Positions 40,575 to 53,519 of a stretch of 64,000 nt of DNA are shown one piece after another. The notes below the pieces were generated by a model that did not search any database, was not told where the DNA came from, and saw only the letters and a program-made list of their open reading frames with translations. The DNA lies in contig OZ336885.1 of assembly GCA_965287045.1 (NCBI GenBank), positions 65,782,001 through 65,846,000 on the forward strand. Reading direction: 5' to 3'. A program made the position numbers and the translations under genes. Each line of letters starts with the position of its first letter. Positions within the stretch are counted from its first letter, which is position 1. Origin of the DNA: Carcharhinus amblyrhynchos. Lineage: Eukaryota.

Positions 40575-41773
40575 GTACTATGATGCAAGTCATTGCGTTA
40601 AGTTTAATAAAGACATAAGTTGAGTGTTATATTGTTGATAAATTGATCTGAGACTTAAGCGAAAATACATTTTCACATGCCTGCAAAGATAAGGCGGGTA
40701 AGATCATCTGGATTGTGCTTGTGATATTTTCCACGAATCTATTCTCTGGACAGTCCCATAATTGTGGATACATCTACGATTATCTGTCACTTACCTGATA
40801 AGTAAGCTGAGGCATTTCATGTATAAGCATGATAAAATAATTTCAGTGTCCTATGTTGAACAATGCTGCTGAAATATAAATAGCATGTACTGAATCTGAT
40901 TGTAGAGCACATCATAGAAGAGAATGCAAATTGGTTGTGGAGAAGATTAAGTAATTTCTGAAGCTAAGCTTTCATTGATAGTATCTGCTGCCAAGCCGCA
41001 AAGCAAGTTTAAGAAATACATGTGGGATAAAATACCTGTATCACCCAGTTCACAAACTCTTTGTGGTAACGCCATGGCATATTCTGGAATTTAACTTCAT
41101 GTCATTCATGGAACTGTTGATCAGAGATCTGGTATATGCAATGGTCGCATCAAGCACCAATCTAATGGCTTCGTAGTCTACAAAGGTCATTTTTGTGCTG
41201 CGTGAATGAAAATTATCACCTTTCCTGGTTTCTCAGTCATATTATGACGTCGGTGTAAACCATCTGTTTGACATCCGACAAATTATTCTTCCATGATGAC
41301 TTAAACTTGATTTTGAATGTCAGCAAATCATGGCTTCCATTCGCACGTGATAAAATGTCCCCTCTTTGGCGAGGATCAATCAAGTGCATACTCCAGTAAT
41401 TAGGTAGTTATTTTCCAAGCAAGATTTCTCAGTTGTTCTGCAACTGTCCTGCAATTGATTCGCTAAAACATTGCTTCCTGTAAAACATGTTTTTTGTCAT
41501 TAACCACTGGAATTGAGCTCGAAGCATGTCACTGTTACCAGAAGGTCGTGCAAGCCAACAGATGTATGGCACGACTGAATTACGTGTTTTTTTTTACTCA
41601 GAAGGCACGCAAAGATATGTGTTTTTATCAATCAAAATTATATTCGGACATGATTATTTTGCCAATATGAATTTCACAAACACGCTCACATGCACACTCG
41701 GATATGCACGTTAACACACGCATGCACAAACGCATACATACACACAGGGGCACAGGCATCCACAGACGCATGC

Positions 41774-41807
41774 ACACACACAGACACACACACACACACA
41801 CACACAC
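41774..41807. repeat. (CA)n microsatellite
   Basis: Directly visible. Confidence 0.9.
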
Positions 41808-42882
41808 TTACTCGGACTGTCATGTATCCTTTTTATCTGTCATGCTGTTTACCGTAAAGCGCCAGTGTATTTATCTGTTAAGCCATTCATTTCACAGGAA
41901 AATAGGCAGTACGATGAATTATGCCACTTACCCTTTAGAATACAGCACGTGTTTGTTGTATCCGCATCGTTGCTGATTTTCATTGTTCCAGCAGACATGT
42001 CTCTTCTTATGGGTCGTTTTCTTCTTAAGTCAGTCGAAATCTGCATGGTATGGATAATTCAAATCGAAGTCACACGAATAGACCATAGATATGTAGCATT
42101 ATACCATTTGGTTTTGAAATCTACTCCCATTGCAATTCTCTTCTCTTTGACCCTGCATGTAAAATAATATTGTGCAGATTATTTGGTTGTAGCAATGCAT
42201 TTTATTGAGTGCAGACGCTGTATTTAGATCAAGTGAAAACCAAATTTTGTTCGTCAACCTACTGGAGGCAGACATTTGGGGCTATCCGACTAACAGATAC
42301 TTCCCAAAGTTTACACAATGAAAAGTACATGAGTGAGGGTTCTTTGTATGTAGACGTATCCTTATTGAAACTAATGGCCAGAAGGGACTCATCAAAGGGT
42401 AAAGCAGCTCTGACAAACAACAGAATCAAAAATAGATCAATTAGAACATTTTAATCAATCATTCCCACCTTTCAGTGACATGAAATCAGTTATCTTCAAA
42501 ATACTCAAATCTACATTAATAATTCTGAAATACTTTGGCCGATCATATTCCACTCCCCAACATATTGCCAATTTATTAGTCCATGAAACGCGGACGCCTT
42601 GGCTTAAATCGCTCAGTCTAGACTTCAAATACAATTTCTCACAATGTTTCTTAATTGTAACTTCCTTAGTAGACTAACTCATGAAACTACACCTGGACAC
42701 CAGTCCATCTCGTTCGGACAGTAAATAAACAAAATCATGAAATATGATGAAGTGTTCTAAACATTCATTCCAGACAAAATATTAGCTGATAAAACTTCCA
42801 TACTTGAAATGCCACATCTTGAAATGTGGCATAATCCTAATGTATCTTTTAGCTGTGATTCTGAGCAGTAAACTGTTTTTGC

Positions 42883-43012
42883 NNNNNNNNNNNNNNNNNN
42901 NNNNNNNNNNNNNNNNNNNNNNNNNNNNNNNNNNNNNNNNNNNNNNNNNNNNNNNNNNNNNNNNNNNNNNNNNNNNNNNNNNNNNNNNNNNNNNNNNNNN
43001 NNNNNNNNNNNN
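42883..43012. other. Assembly gap (130 N)
   Basis: N run. Confidence 1.
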
Positions 43013-43186
43013 CAATTACATTCACTCGTTTGAATCAATTTCCGCATTTAATATGTATAAATTGTTTCTTGTTAGGTAATATACATTTTAACATCAATTT
43101 AACCGAATGCTGCAGCTAATAAGAAGCAATTTATACATATTAAATGCGGAAATTGATTCAAACGAGTGAATGTAATTGTAAAATGC

Positions 43187-43261
<75 letters not shown>
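43187..43261. repeat. (GATA)n microsatellite
   Basis: Directly visible. Confidence 0.97.
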
Positions 43262-43932
43262 TGTAGGTCTGCACATTTTGGGCAAAAACAGTTTACTGCT
43301 CAGAATCACAGCTGTCAGAGCCTTAATGTCTACTGGTTTAAAAATGTGACCCCATTCTGGGTTCTTCTTAGAATTCCTCCTTCAGGCCATTGGCTAATGC
43401 AATACTATGCAGGCAACAAAAAGGTAGCTAATATTCGAAAAGTGTGTGTGCTACTGACTCATTTCTTCTTTAACTTGATTGTCATTACAAAAATTGCAGT
43501 ACAATCATTGCATCGATTAGTACCAAATAAAATGAGGAAAAGTAGTGTAGTCTCCTGAACGCGAATAAATTTATTTACAAGAGCACATATTCTCATAAAC
43601 TGGAGGAAGATTTCGAAATGAAGACTTTCTATTTCTAAAACGGGGGCAATAAATATTGGGTTAAAATTGACAGAAACGTCAAACGTCATCAATCTGATTT
43701 ACGTCTGTTGCAACGGTCCCAAAACATCTAATTTTCAGTAGAAGCCGTCACGTCTTGACGACTACCAATGAAAAGCATGCATGGATGCTGCCTGGGCGTT
43801 CATCATTGGTTTACTCCGTCGATTTAGTTCTGGTTGCTTAGTTGATGACGATGTTCACTGAGGGTACGTTTCGGCGATTATGATGTTACATAACTAGCTC
43901 GATTATTTTTGTCTTTGACATTTGCATTTCAG

Positions 43933-43968
43933 AGATGAACGCACTAAAATCGCTGTTAGGAGATCGTG
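43933..43968 (+). CDS. 36-nt phase 1-1 micro-exon, (E)MNALKSLLGDR
   Basis: tttgcatttcag|AGATGAACGCACTAAAATCGCTGTTAGGAGATCGTG|gtatga. Confidence 0.75.
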
Positions 43969-45940
43969 GTATGAGATTTTCTAGTCAACTGTTCCTGTTG
44001 AATTTTGGTGCGATTTCATAGAAATCAAACCCCAAGAGGAACTACTAAAACACAGGCCAGAAAATCCAAATGTATTGTGAAGTTAGTATAGACTCTGCAT
44101 TTTACATTTGATTTCTCTTATGTTCAAGATATAGCTTTCAACTGTCGGTACGACTCAAGTGATCCATTAGGAAGCATTTTTCTTTTCAACAAAGGTTATT
44201 TGAGAAACTGATAGAATATGTCAAGAAAATAACAGTTATTTTAACAATTACCAGATGCAATCATGACATATTGTAACTCCTAACAGGTATTTGCTGTTCC
44301 AAGTGAAAGTGCTTATATCATACAAAAATCCCCCCCCCCCAACACCACCCCCCCAACCCAAAACGCACCCTCCTCCACCTCCCACCCCCATCCCCCACTC
44401 CGCTGTCCCATTCTGGATTGGTTAGCACAACAATAAATATGCTCATGCAATTCTAGACTTCCTGCTTTGTAACACTTAGGGCAGCAATGTGATATCCGTA
44501 CTTTGAAGGAGTATTTCAGAAAAGGTAGCAATGTTTGTTATCGTGGTGAAACAATAGCGTTCCATACGATTTGTTGAGGGGGCAGAGTCCAATGAAGTGA
44601 TGTGAGGTGCCTCCTGCAGTCGAGTGTCAAAACTATGCTTTTGAATACATTATGTCTTAGCCATTTGTTAGCTTTATCATAGGTTCTGGTTCTGCCTAAT
44701 TTCTTTCCATCTGCAGTAGAAACTCAACTGACCTGTTGAATAACGAACATCCTGCGCTTTTTGCACGTTTCTGGAAACAAGGCCACAAAGTCACAGGTTA
44801 GACTCGAGAAAATAACAATGAAAAGGTAAATATGTTGAAGTTCAATTGTTAGAAAAAAATCCATAAGATCGATGAAAACAAACAGGAGTATGTTGAAGGC
44901 GACGTGAACATCTTTTTTAAAGTTTCTGAATGTTGGCAGGGTACAAATGGAAGTTGTCAAAGTTGTCAAAGAATTTGCCCTAAGTGTCAAGAGGTTGGAA
45001 GCGTAGCATTGCATAAGCTTAAGTATGTCATTGATAAGTAAGTCCGAAGAAGATTGTATATTGGTGTGATGTGTTTTAACTCGGAATAGCAGATGTAGCT
45101 AATTCTTGGGACTTATTGTCTGTCATGTTTATATCTGGTAATTGGTAAAACTCATTTTTTTTATTTTAACTCTGTTGTGTTTTTAACTAAACACAACGTG
45201 GGAAATAAGCCTATAGGGTCACTCGGATCATATGTTAAGTGAAATACTGAGAGCTCACCGACCTCAATGTGAAATGTAAAACTCAGGGACTGGTTGTCTT
45301 AATGTAACATTTCGGACATTCTTGCCTAAGTCTTTAAAAAAAAAATGGTGGCTCTGGGTGTAATTGGAATGTGTGTTGCTTGCTTGCTTTGGGACTATTG
45401 GACTCCAATAACACCAAGGATCAAAATGCAAGCCAACAGTATTCGCAGAATATCGTGAAAAAAGACATATTTCAGGGAGGTAAACCCTGTATGTAGCAGC
45501 ATCCAAAAACAGCCATCCAGGGTATTGAATCCCCAACTCCAAAGAGGCGGACCGCATCTTACGTGCTCTCCAGTTCAAAATGTTATATTTTTGACTATTC
45601 TCTGAAGATCTTAGCATCCTTCTTCACGGCAATCATCAGAAACCGGCCGCACATTGTACAAACATCGGGGAATGCGCCAGAACAACACTAATTCGGATAA
45701 ATTAACATTATAGCAACTAGATGCAATGCTGATGTTACACGACAATAAAGGATTGCATTGGCTACACATACACTGGCAAAATTGCAAGGCCTGCTCAGAA
45801 CATCCCGTCGAGAATCACGATAGTCAAACATCTCTTGGCCGCACAGTGCCACCACAGATTGTAAAAGTTCACATTAAATAATCAACAGCAGAAAAAAATG
45901 TATCTCACACATGTAGAGAACTGCACTTAATCTTCCACAG

Positions 45941-46012
45941 GCATGCAGCTTGTTTTGCTTTTGATTGCCGTCTTCGGGTCTGCACAGTTACTTTATGCGC
46001 TGACATATCAAG
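45941..46012 (+). CDS. Signal-peptide exon of micro-exon gene copy D: MQLVLLLIAVFGSAQLLYA-LTYQ (ATG at 45943)
   Basis: cttaatcttccacag|GC ATG...CAA G|gtacat; hydrophobic h-region with a small residue (A) at a plausible -1 position; phase-1 donor matches the micro-exons. Confidence 0.8.
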
Positions 46013-47609
46013 GTACATTTTTTTTTAATTTGAGTGTGAACTTGAGCCAAAACCATAGTTTTTTTTTGTCGTCGTCAAATATAGCCGTCTTGGAGAAACG
46101 AGCAAGGCACAAGCACATGAATATTCTCTCAGTCATTTCACGACAATATAAACATACCCAGCAACACTATATCTTAAAAATGAGCGACAAAATGTATTGT
46201 GCCGGTTACCAAGAGGGATAGCAATGTCGGCGGAATGAATGCATTGTGTCGACCTGTATGGACAGGGGATTGCCTTTTGGCCCTGCTGCATTGTTGAATT
46301 GACCCAATGAAGATTTAATATGGACGGATAAATGAGCATGTGGGCGAATGTGTCAAATGATTCAAGTGCGAGATCTTTACAGGCGTGATGCTTGAAGGAG
46401 GAGAATGTTTTCGATGACGGTAGATGCAATCCCTTATTGGAGAGAAGGAATTAGCAACCCCATTGTGGTGAAGGGTGCTCCAGAAGGACAGGACTTCTGA
46501 ACTTGCTGTCACACTTCTAAGGGAAGGTTTCCAATTGTGCTATCATTTAACATGTATCGTTGTAACATCGGTTCGTTAAATTCCAATACATATTCAATTC
46601 CACGAATACCATTCAGCTACAAAGTGCAATTTATTTCAGTTGACTTTAAACTAATTCCTGCAGCATGTTTAAATAAATGATTAAAACATTAATTTTCTGC
46701 CGTTGCGTTAAAGAAATGTGATTCTGCAGAAAGCTGTATTTTTGCAAACTGAAGCGTTACATCCCATTATGTACACTACGTTTTCGTTTCTTAATTGCGC
46801 CACTGAGGGCTCCAGCAAACAAAAGATCGTCAGACAATTTATCAAAAATTACTGAAACAATCTGTTGGCCAGAATTAATATGTATCCTGCCAAAGCACTC
46901 TGATTGCTTGAAATCGTTTCAACATTGTTCAAGTATACAAGAAGAAGACAAGAAAAAACAGAGTCAAATAAACCCAGCATAATAGAATACAAAGTGACTT
47001 GGTCGAAAATGACACATTTTCCTCAGGTGTCTGAGAAATACAGTAGGTTTGTATTTTAGATTGAAAGAAAGGCAATTTATTCGATAACGGTGTGTTGTAA
47101 TCATTCCTGAGAACAAAGGAGTTTGGTATGTTTTCTCAGTGAGCTACCTTCCAACATAAGGACAATTTTCCCAGTATATTGAACAATGGTTAATCGTAGC
47201 TCCTCGGGTACAGGATTGCGTTTCCAGGAATAACAACAACGTCCTAATGTTCATGATTACCCTGGTAAGTAAATACAACTTAAATGTGAGGGAATTAATA
47301 TACCAGAACGGACCGTAAGTCACTTTGGCCAAATTAATTCTTAAAACAAATGAAATAAGCATACAATGATTAGCATGTTTCCCGAAGTCAAGAATCTTCG
47401 TCTACTCTATGTCCAGTAGACAATATATAGGATGCTCCATAGGTGTAACGACGACTAATGGAATGCAGTGATCAACTGCTGGCGTGGCAACACGCTACGC
47501 AGGTAAAATTGGAATAAGCGTTAAATTCTACCTGATAAGTAATCAAATAAAATATTATACTGCATAATTTATTTAGATTCTGAAGGGAAAAAAAAGTATT
47601 GTTTTAAGT

Positions 47610-48712
47610 TTATTTCTTTATTGATGCAATAAGTGGGCTTATGATAAAACTGCAGTGAAGTTACGGTGAAAATTTCCTGGTCGCCACACTCGGACAATTT
47701 TTCAGGTACACTGCCGGAGAAATCAGCTTGCCAAATATACCTAACCAGAACATCTTTCAGACTCTTAGGGGAACATAAGAAGATAAGAAATAGGAGCAGG
47801 AGTAGGCCATCCAGCCCTTCGAGCCTGCCCCGCCATTCAATAAGATCATGGCTGATCTGTCGTGGCTCAGTTCCACTTTCCCGCCCTCTCCCCATAACCC
47901 TTAATCGCCTCTCTTATCAAAAACCCATCAACCCGCGTCTTAAAAATATTTAGCGAGGCAGCCTCCACCACTTCAACGGGCAGAGAATTCCAGAGATTCA
48001 CCACCCTTTGAGTGAAGAAGTTCCTCCTCAACTCCGTTCTAAACCCCCCCCCCCCCCCCCCCTTTATCTTGAGGCTGTGCCCCCTAGTCTTACTGTCTTT
48101 TTTGAGCGGGAAGAGTCTCTCCACCTCTATCCTATCCATCCCATTTATCATCTTATACATCTCAATGAGATCAAGCCTAGTTTATTCAGCCTCTCCTCAT
48201 AGCTCAACCCCCTCAACTCTGGTATCAGCCTCGTAAACCTCCTCTGCACTCCCTCCAAGGCCAAAATATCTTTGCGCAGGTGCGGCGTCCAAAACTGCAC
48301 ACACTACTCCAGCTGCTGCCTCACCAATGCCCTATACAGCCGCAGCAAGACCTCCCTACTTTTATATTCAACCCCCCTCGCTATGAAGGCCAGCATCCCA
48401 TTCGCCTTCCTGACCACCTGCTGCACCTGCAAGCTGGGTTTTTGCGACTCATGCACAAGGACCCCGTGGTCCCTCTGCGCCGTCGCCTGCTGCAGTTTTT
48501 CGCCACGTAAGTAATAGTCCTTCCTACCATTATTCCTACCAAAGTGGACCACCTCACACTTGCCCTACCAAAGTGGACCACCTCACACTTGCACACAAAC
48601 GCACACAAACCTGGGGAGAACGTGCCAACTCGGCACAGACTGTGATCCAAGCCAGCAATCCAATCCGGGTGCCCATTGCTATTGGACAGCAGTGCTAACG
48701 ACTGTGGCCCCT
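47610..48712 (-). mobile_element. HE1-like SINE split in two (47610-47771 and 48593-48712) by a CR1 insertion
   Basis: Left 'gaagttacggtgaaaatttcctggtcgccacactc...cctaaccagaacatctttcagact' continues on the right as 'ggggagaacgtgccaactcggcacagactgtgatccaagcc...cagcagtgctaacgactgtg'. Confidence 0.8.
47772..48592 (-). mobile_element. Young 5'-truncated CR1, same subfamily as 22968-24150
   Basis: Near-identical to the 22968 copy by eye; ORFs 47867-48160 and 48304-48552. Confidence 0.95.
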
Positions 48713-49096
48713 TCTGAAGGAAGAAGGCCTTTCAGTTTTATTTGAATTCTTCATCGGCGAGGGAAGAATAGATGCTGACACTGGAAAGAAACATTGTACT
48801 ATTGGGTGATCAAATATTCTATGATGACTTGATGCAGCTTTGCTCCCATATAACGACATTTTTTTGTCTGTATTCATGATTAATTTGTATTTGAAGAATG
48901 ACAACGCTGTGGGCATCACTAAATATGGCTGAGTTGTAATCTCAACAATATCATTCATAACTATTCTAATGGAATAAGGGTGAAAGGAAATGTTGAATTT
49001 CCTATTGAACGATTTTTTTTTCAAACTGCCTCTCATTATACAAAATGTTAATTTAATGTATACGACTAAATTTTAGAGTTTTTAACGTTAATACAG

Positions 49097-49123
49097 ATGA
49101 AAGGCTGAAGAAAAGAGACGAAG
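49097..49123 (+). CDS. 27-nt phase 1-1 micro-exon, (D)ERLKKRDE
   Basis: ttaatacag|ATGAAAGGCTGAAGAAAAGAGACGAAG|gtaaga; contains a dibasic KR. Confidence 0.78.
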
Positions 49124-50090
49124 GTAAGAAATTAACATAAGCACCAGATACGTGACTTTTTTAAAGGAGACTAAACAAACCAGCTTGCCCTAGTTGAAAA
49201 ATACAAACAATGATGCCTATTGGTGCTGTTTTTGAACTTAAAATGCCTTTGACTTTAGGAATACAGGTATTATTTACGAGAGTGGAAAAGATATGTAGAA
49301 TTCTATAAATATCTGCCTCGTTGTGAAGAAGACTGACATTGATCTCCGTACGTCTCACCTATGGGTAAAAAGGTGAATTCCTGGGAAAATATATAGATGC
49401 GATTAAAGAAAGTAAGCCCATGAATGAGTTATTTGAGCCACAATGTTAGTGTGTTGAACTTCTAGTTAGTTGATTGGAACTAATTTGATTTTTGGAGGCC
49501 AGATAAGATCTAGAAGATTATGACATGTTGTTGCATCGTAATTCACAGACACACATAAGTCGATATGTGTTATCTGTGCCTTATGCTCACAAGGGCATAT
49601 TTGAAAGGAGTACCGACAATGATTTCACATCCACTACTGTGTGGTTAATTAATGACTGACTATTACAGGTTTATGTAAATGATATGCTTAGTAGAACTAA
49701 TGCGATCGTCTCTTAGAGGGCGACGTACCTTTTATCAGCATTATCAACACATGGCTGCTCCATGTTTCATCACAATCATAAAGAAAATAGATGATTGTGC
49801 TTCGATTTCAGCCCTAAAATCACAATTAGCATGCAGACATTTTGTAGCAAGTTCCTTCCTAGTCCAGTTTTCTTCAAACAAACAAAAATCCTCGTTTTCC
49901 AGTCAACTTGAGCAGGTAACCAAATAGTATTCAGATATCGGGATTGTGCATTGCTCATGCCAACACGTTTGTACGGTTTTTGAGTCCGTGAAGTGCATGT
50001 TCTGCATTCGATTAATTTTCGCGTCATGATACATCCGAGTAAGCTAAACAAAATTCATTTTAAACATGCTTAATTCTTCCCTTTCTGAAG

Positions 50091-50126
50091 TTGGGGACCC
50101 CACTGGCAGCGGAAAATCCAACGATG
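50091..50126 (+). CDS. 36-nt phase 1-1 micro-exon, (V)GDPTGSGKSND
   Basis: ttcttccctttctgaag|TTGGGGACCCCACTGGCAGCGGAAAATCCAACGATG|gtaact. Confidence 0.72.
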
Positions 50127-51758
50127 GTAACTGCATTTATAATTCATAATTTTATAATTATAATTTTCTGCATTTTATTTCCTGCATCCAAAATTATATT
50201 TTCAAAATTGTCGCTCGCCATGTTTTGATGATCTACCCTCCTGTCTCCCTTATTTGTTAAGATGAACTATGGGAGTAAACATCCTTATTGCTGTTAAAAA
50301 TTAGGTTAACAAACTCGTAAGTGTGTTTTCAATATGTTGTGAAAGCCTATAATAGGATTGACTGTGAAAGGAGCTGGAACGTGTGATAAAGTATACATGA
50401 ATGCGTATGTACGCAATGGTTTCATTGAACGTCGTCGAAATACATCGGAAGAGCACCCAAAATGATATCCAACCAATGGGAAAAATCAGCCCACGATATT
50501 CATGGCAGAGCACTATAGATCAAGTCAATCCGTTCGGTCCCCACTCCAATCAACCTTCTCTCTGTCTCTCTCTCTCCCCTGCCTTTCGCGTTCGTTCTCC
50601 CTCTCATTCTGTTGCCCGATAAGATATTTGTCAGAAACTTTTTCATTTAAATGTCGTATGAAAGCTTCCGTGTGAACGATTGTCAGATACTGTAAATTGC
50701 ACATAATTAGCAGTCAAATGTTCTATTGGAAACAAATTCTTCCACGGCACCATTGGAAAAAGTAACGGTCAATGCACATTTTAAATATGTAATTCCCGTT
50801 CCTTGCAGCATCAACTTATGTTAGAAATGAAACATTTTTTTAGTTCAATTTGTCATTGTGCCGTATCTGTTATTCCTCCAAGAGATCACATTTCAATCAC
50901 ATCCACTTGAAAGGAAATGCGCCCTGCCTCAGTAATAAAAGTAATTGAATCGAATGAATGTCTCCGTTCCCACAGTTCCCATCTCAATAGATTGCAATTT
51001 ATTGAGATAAAGTTCTGTACATGGGGAAGGAATGCAGAGAGTGCTGAATGCAGTGTCACATTCAAAGCGAGTGTAGAGTTATTATTTTATTTACAAACTA
51101 GTTATCACTGTAACACTGCATTCTGAACTCATTTTTCCTACCTTATATGCGATATGTTTCGTCTCTATAGTCTACAATTAACATTTTTTTACTGCACAAT
51201 AATATGCTACAATAATCAATCAAATCAAACCAAAATAAAAATAAAATTTCAATAGGTCTACTTGCGAATGCACATACCTATCTGAGCACTACCTACAATA
51301 ATGACACCATATTCTTAGTAATATGACTCATAAACATCTGAACTTGAAGTCATGTAATAACTGTGCCATTTAATTTATCTATTCTTAACGTATCCCTTCT
51401 GTGAAACTGCATCAGTAGGAATTCATGGACTCCAACATCAATCAGTGAAATTTTATTATCCCGTTAGTTGTAAAAAGAATGTGTTCGGTATTCCTGGTCT
51501 TGTTCTGAATGTCTACATTGTTGCATGCCAGCATCAACTCCGAGATCGGATTGTTAACAGGTTTTTTTTTATAAACTAAGATTCGTAAGCGTAAATTTTT
51601 GTGATGTATCATAATTCAAAATAAACTAGTGATTTTCGGACTGAACACAGCAATATTGAACACATCCTGTCTCGCGATCAATTCATAACTGCTTACTGAT
51701 TCCTTATTTTTAAACCATTTTATACGGTAATAATTGTAGATCAGTTTCCTATTCAAAG

Positions 51759-51782
51759 AAACATTTATTGTCAACATGTCTG
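51759..51782 (+). CDS. 24-nt phase 1-1 micro-exon, (E)TFIVNMS
   Basis: tttcctattcaaag|AAACATTTATTGTCAACATGTCTG|gtatgt. Confidence 0.5.
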
Positions 51783-52818
51783 GTATGTGCAACTAAATAG
51801 TTAATCATCTATGGTCGTAACAAGTCGAATGCATTGAATTATCTTCATATGCCTCAAACTTTTAATTCATCAAGAAGACCGAGTGAAGTGGTCGATAAAA
51901 AGTTTTTTTATGAACTCTACATAATCTATTACGGTTATTAATTGATTTCCACAATTTAGTTTTCAAGTTTTGCAACAGATACGTTTATGGCAAATTCCTG
52001 ACCGTCGAATGATGTTGAATTCAACAAAGGCCAATGGTTGGAATGCCTTTAGCACTTTTCGCATACGGAGTTTCTCACTTATCCTGTTCTGAAGCTTCCG
52101 AGTTCGGTGACAAGGGAGAAACATTTCATTTTCTTTTCGGGCGGTCAACACTACCTAAAATGTATCAGCTGTGATACAAGCTAGCGCAAAGGCCTCTCCG
52201 TATGAAGATGTAAAGTTAAACTCGTCTTAATAATCGGGACATCTAATCTCTCCTCTTTGTCTGCCTCGCTCCTTCTCTTGTTGTGCCTCTTCACTTTCCT
52301 TCTACCCCTTTTTCTGCATCCTTATTTCATCATGTATTTCTTCAGCATTGATTTATTCTACATATCTCTATTTAGCTTGTTTGCATAAAAGGTATTCACA
52401 CACATGTATTTCTCTACTTGACTGTGAATTCTACTTTAGCTCATTAATCCACCGATGTATCTGACCATCGACCTCAGTATCCAAAATTCTATGCTGCATT
52501 CACAGTAGCGAAAATGAGTGTGTTGAGGTGTTTTTTTTTCGTGTAGTTGTCCGCAAAACAGCAATTGAAAACAATCTGACAAACATTACTTGTTTTTTGC
52601 CATTCATTTGTTCAAAACTTCAAGCAACAAGGAACCTTCCATGACTATAATCAACAGTGTTTTTTCTACAGTTATTTTACTCCACCTAAACACTTTGCTT
52701 AGCCAAAAGCAGATTGTACATACGATTGTTGCGCACAGTAAAGGGATGTGGTAGGTGAAAATCATATGTTGTCTTTCTGATTGCAGAATCAAATCTGTTC
52801 TTTTTTAATTATTTTTAG

Positions 52819-52845
52819 ATCTTCAGATGCTGCTGGAGAAAACAA
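52819..52845 (+). CDS. 27-nt phase 1-1 micro-exon, (D)LQMLLEKT
   Basis: attatttttag|ATCTTCAGATGCTGCTGGAGAAAACAA|gtaagt; paralogue of 5333-5359. Confidence 0.82.
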
Positions 52846-52936
52846 GTAAGTGCTGACAAACTCGGAAAATTGAACAGCTAATATCAGTGTAGTTGATGGA
52901 TTCAGTTTAAAATGATTTTACTATGCATACCCAACA

Positions 52937-53518
52937 TTAAGAATGTAAGAACTAGGAGCAAGTGTAGGTCATCTGGTCATCTGTCTTGTCATCAATAAGA
53001 TCATGGGTGATCTCGTTTTGGTTTCAGCTCCACTTACCCGCCCGGTCACCATAACCCTTAATTCCTTTACTATTCAAAACCTTGTCTATTCTTCCCATAA
53101 AAACAAATCAACGAGGTAGTCTCAACTGCTTCACTGGGCATGGAATTCCACAAGTGAACATATCTTTGTGTGAAGAAATCCCTCCTCAACTAAGTCCTAA
53201 ATCAAATTCCCCTTATTTTAAGGCTATGCCCCCCGATTCTTATTGCACCCGCCAGTGGAAACAACTTCCCTGTTTCTCTCCTATTTATCCTATCCATTTA
53301 TTTCATAATCTTATACGTTTCCATACGATCTGGCCTCATTTATTTCTGACTGCCAATGAGTATAGCCCCAGGCTACTCAGTCTCTCCTCTTGAGATAACC
53401 TTCTCAACTCCGGAATCAACCTAGTGAAATTCCTCTGCACCGCCACCGCCCCCCCCCCCCCCCCTCCCCCAGTGCCAATATATATTTTCTCAAGTCATGA
53501 GACCAAAACTGTAAACAA
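52937..53518 (-). mobile_element. CR1 3' fragment
   Basis: 'taagaactaggagcaagtgtaggtcatc...gtgtgaagaaatccctcctc...gaccaaaactg'. Confidence 0.9.
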
Positions 53519-53519
53519 C

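Larger units (their letters stand above)
42851..43313. repeat. Long inverted repeat (palindrome) with an assembly gap in the left arm
   Basis: 42851-42882 is the reverse complement of 43282-43313; 43013-43075 is approximately the reverse complement of 43116-43178. Confidence 0.85.
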
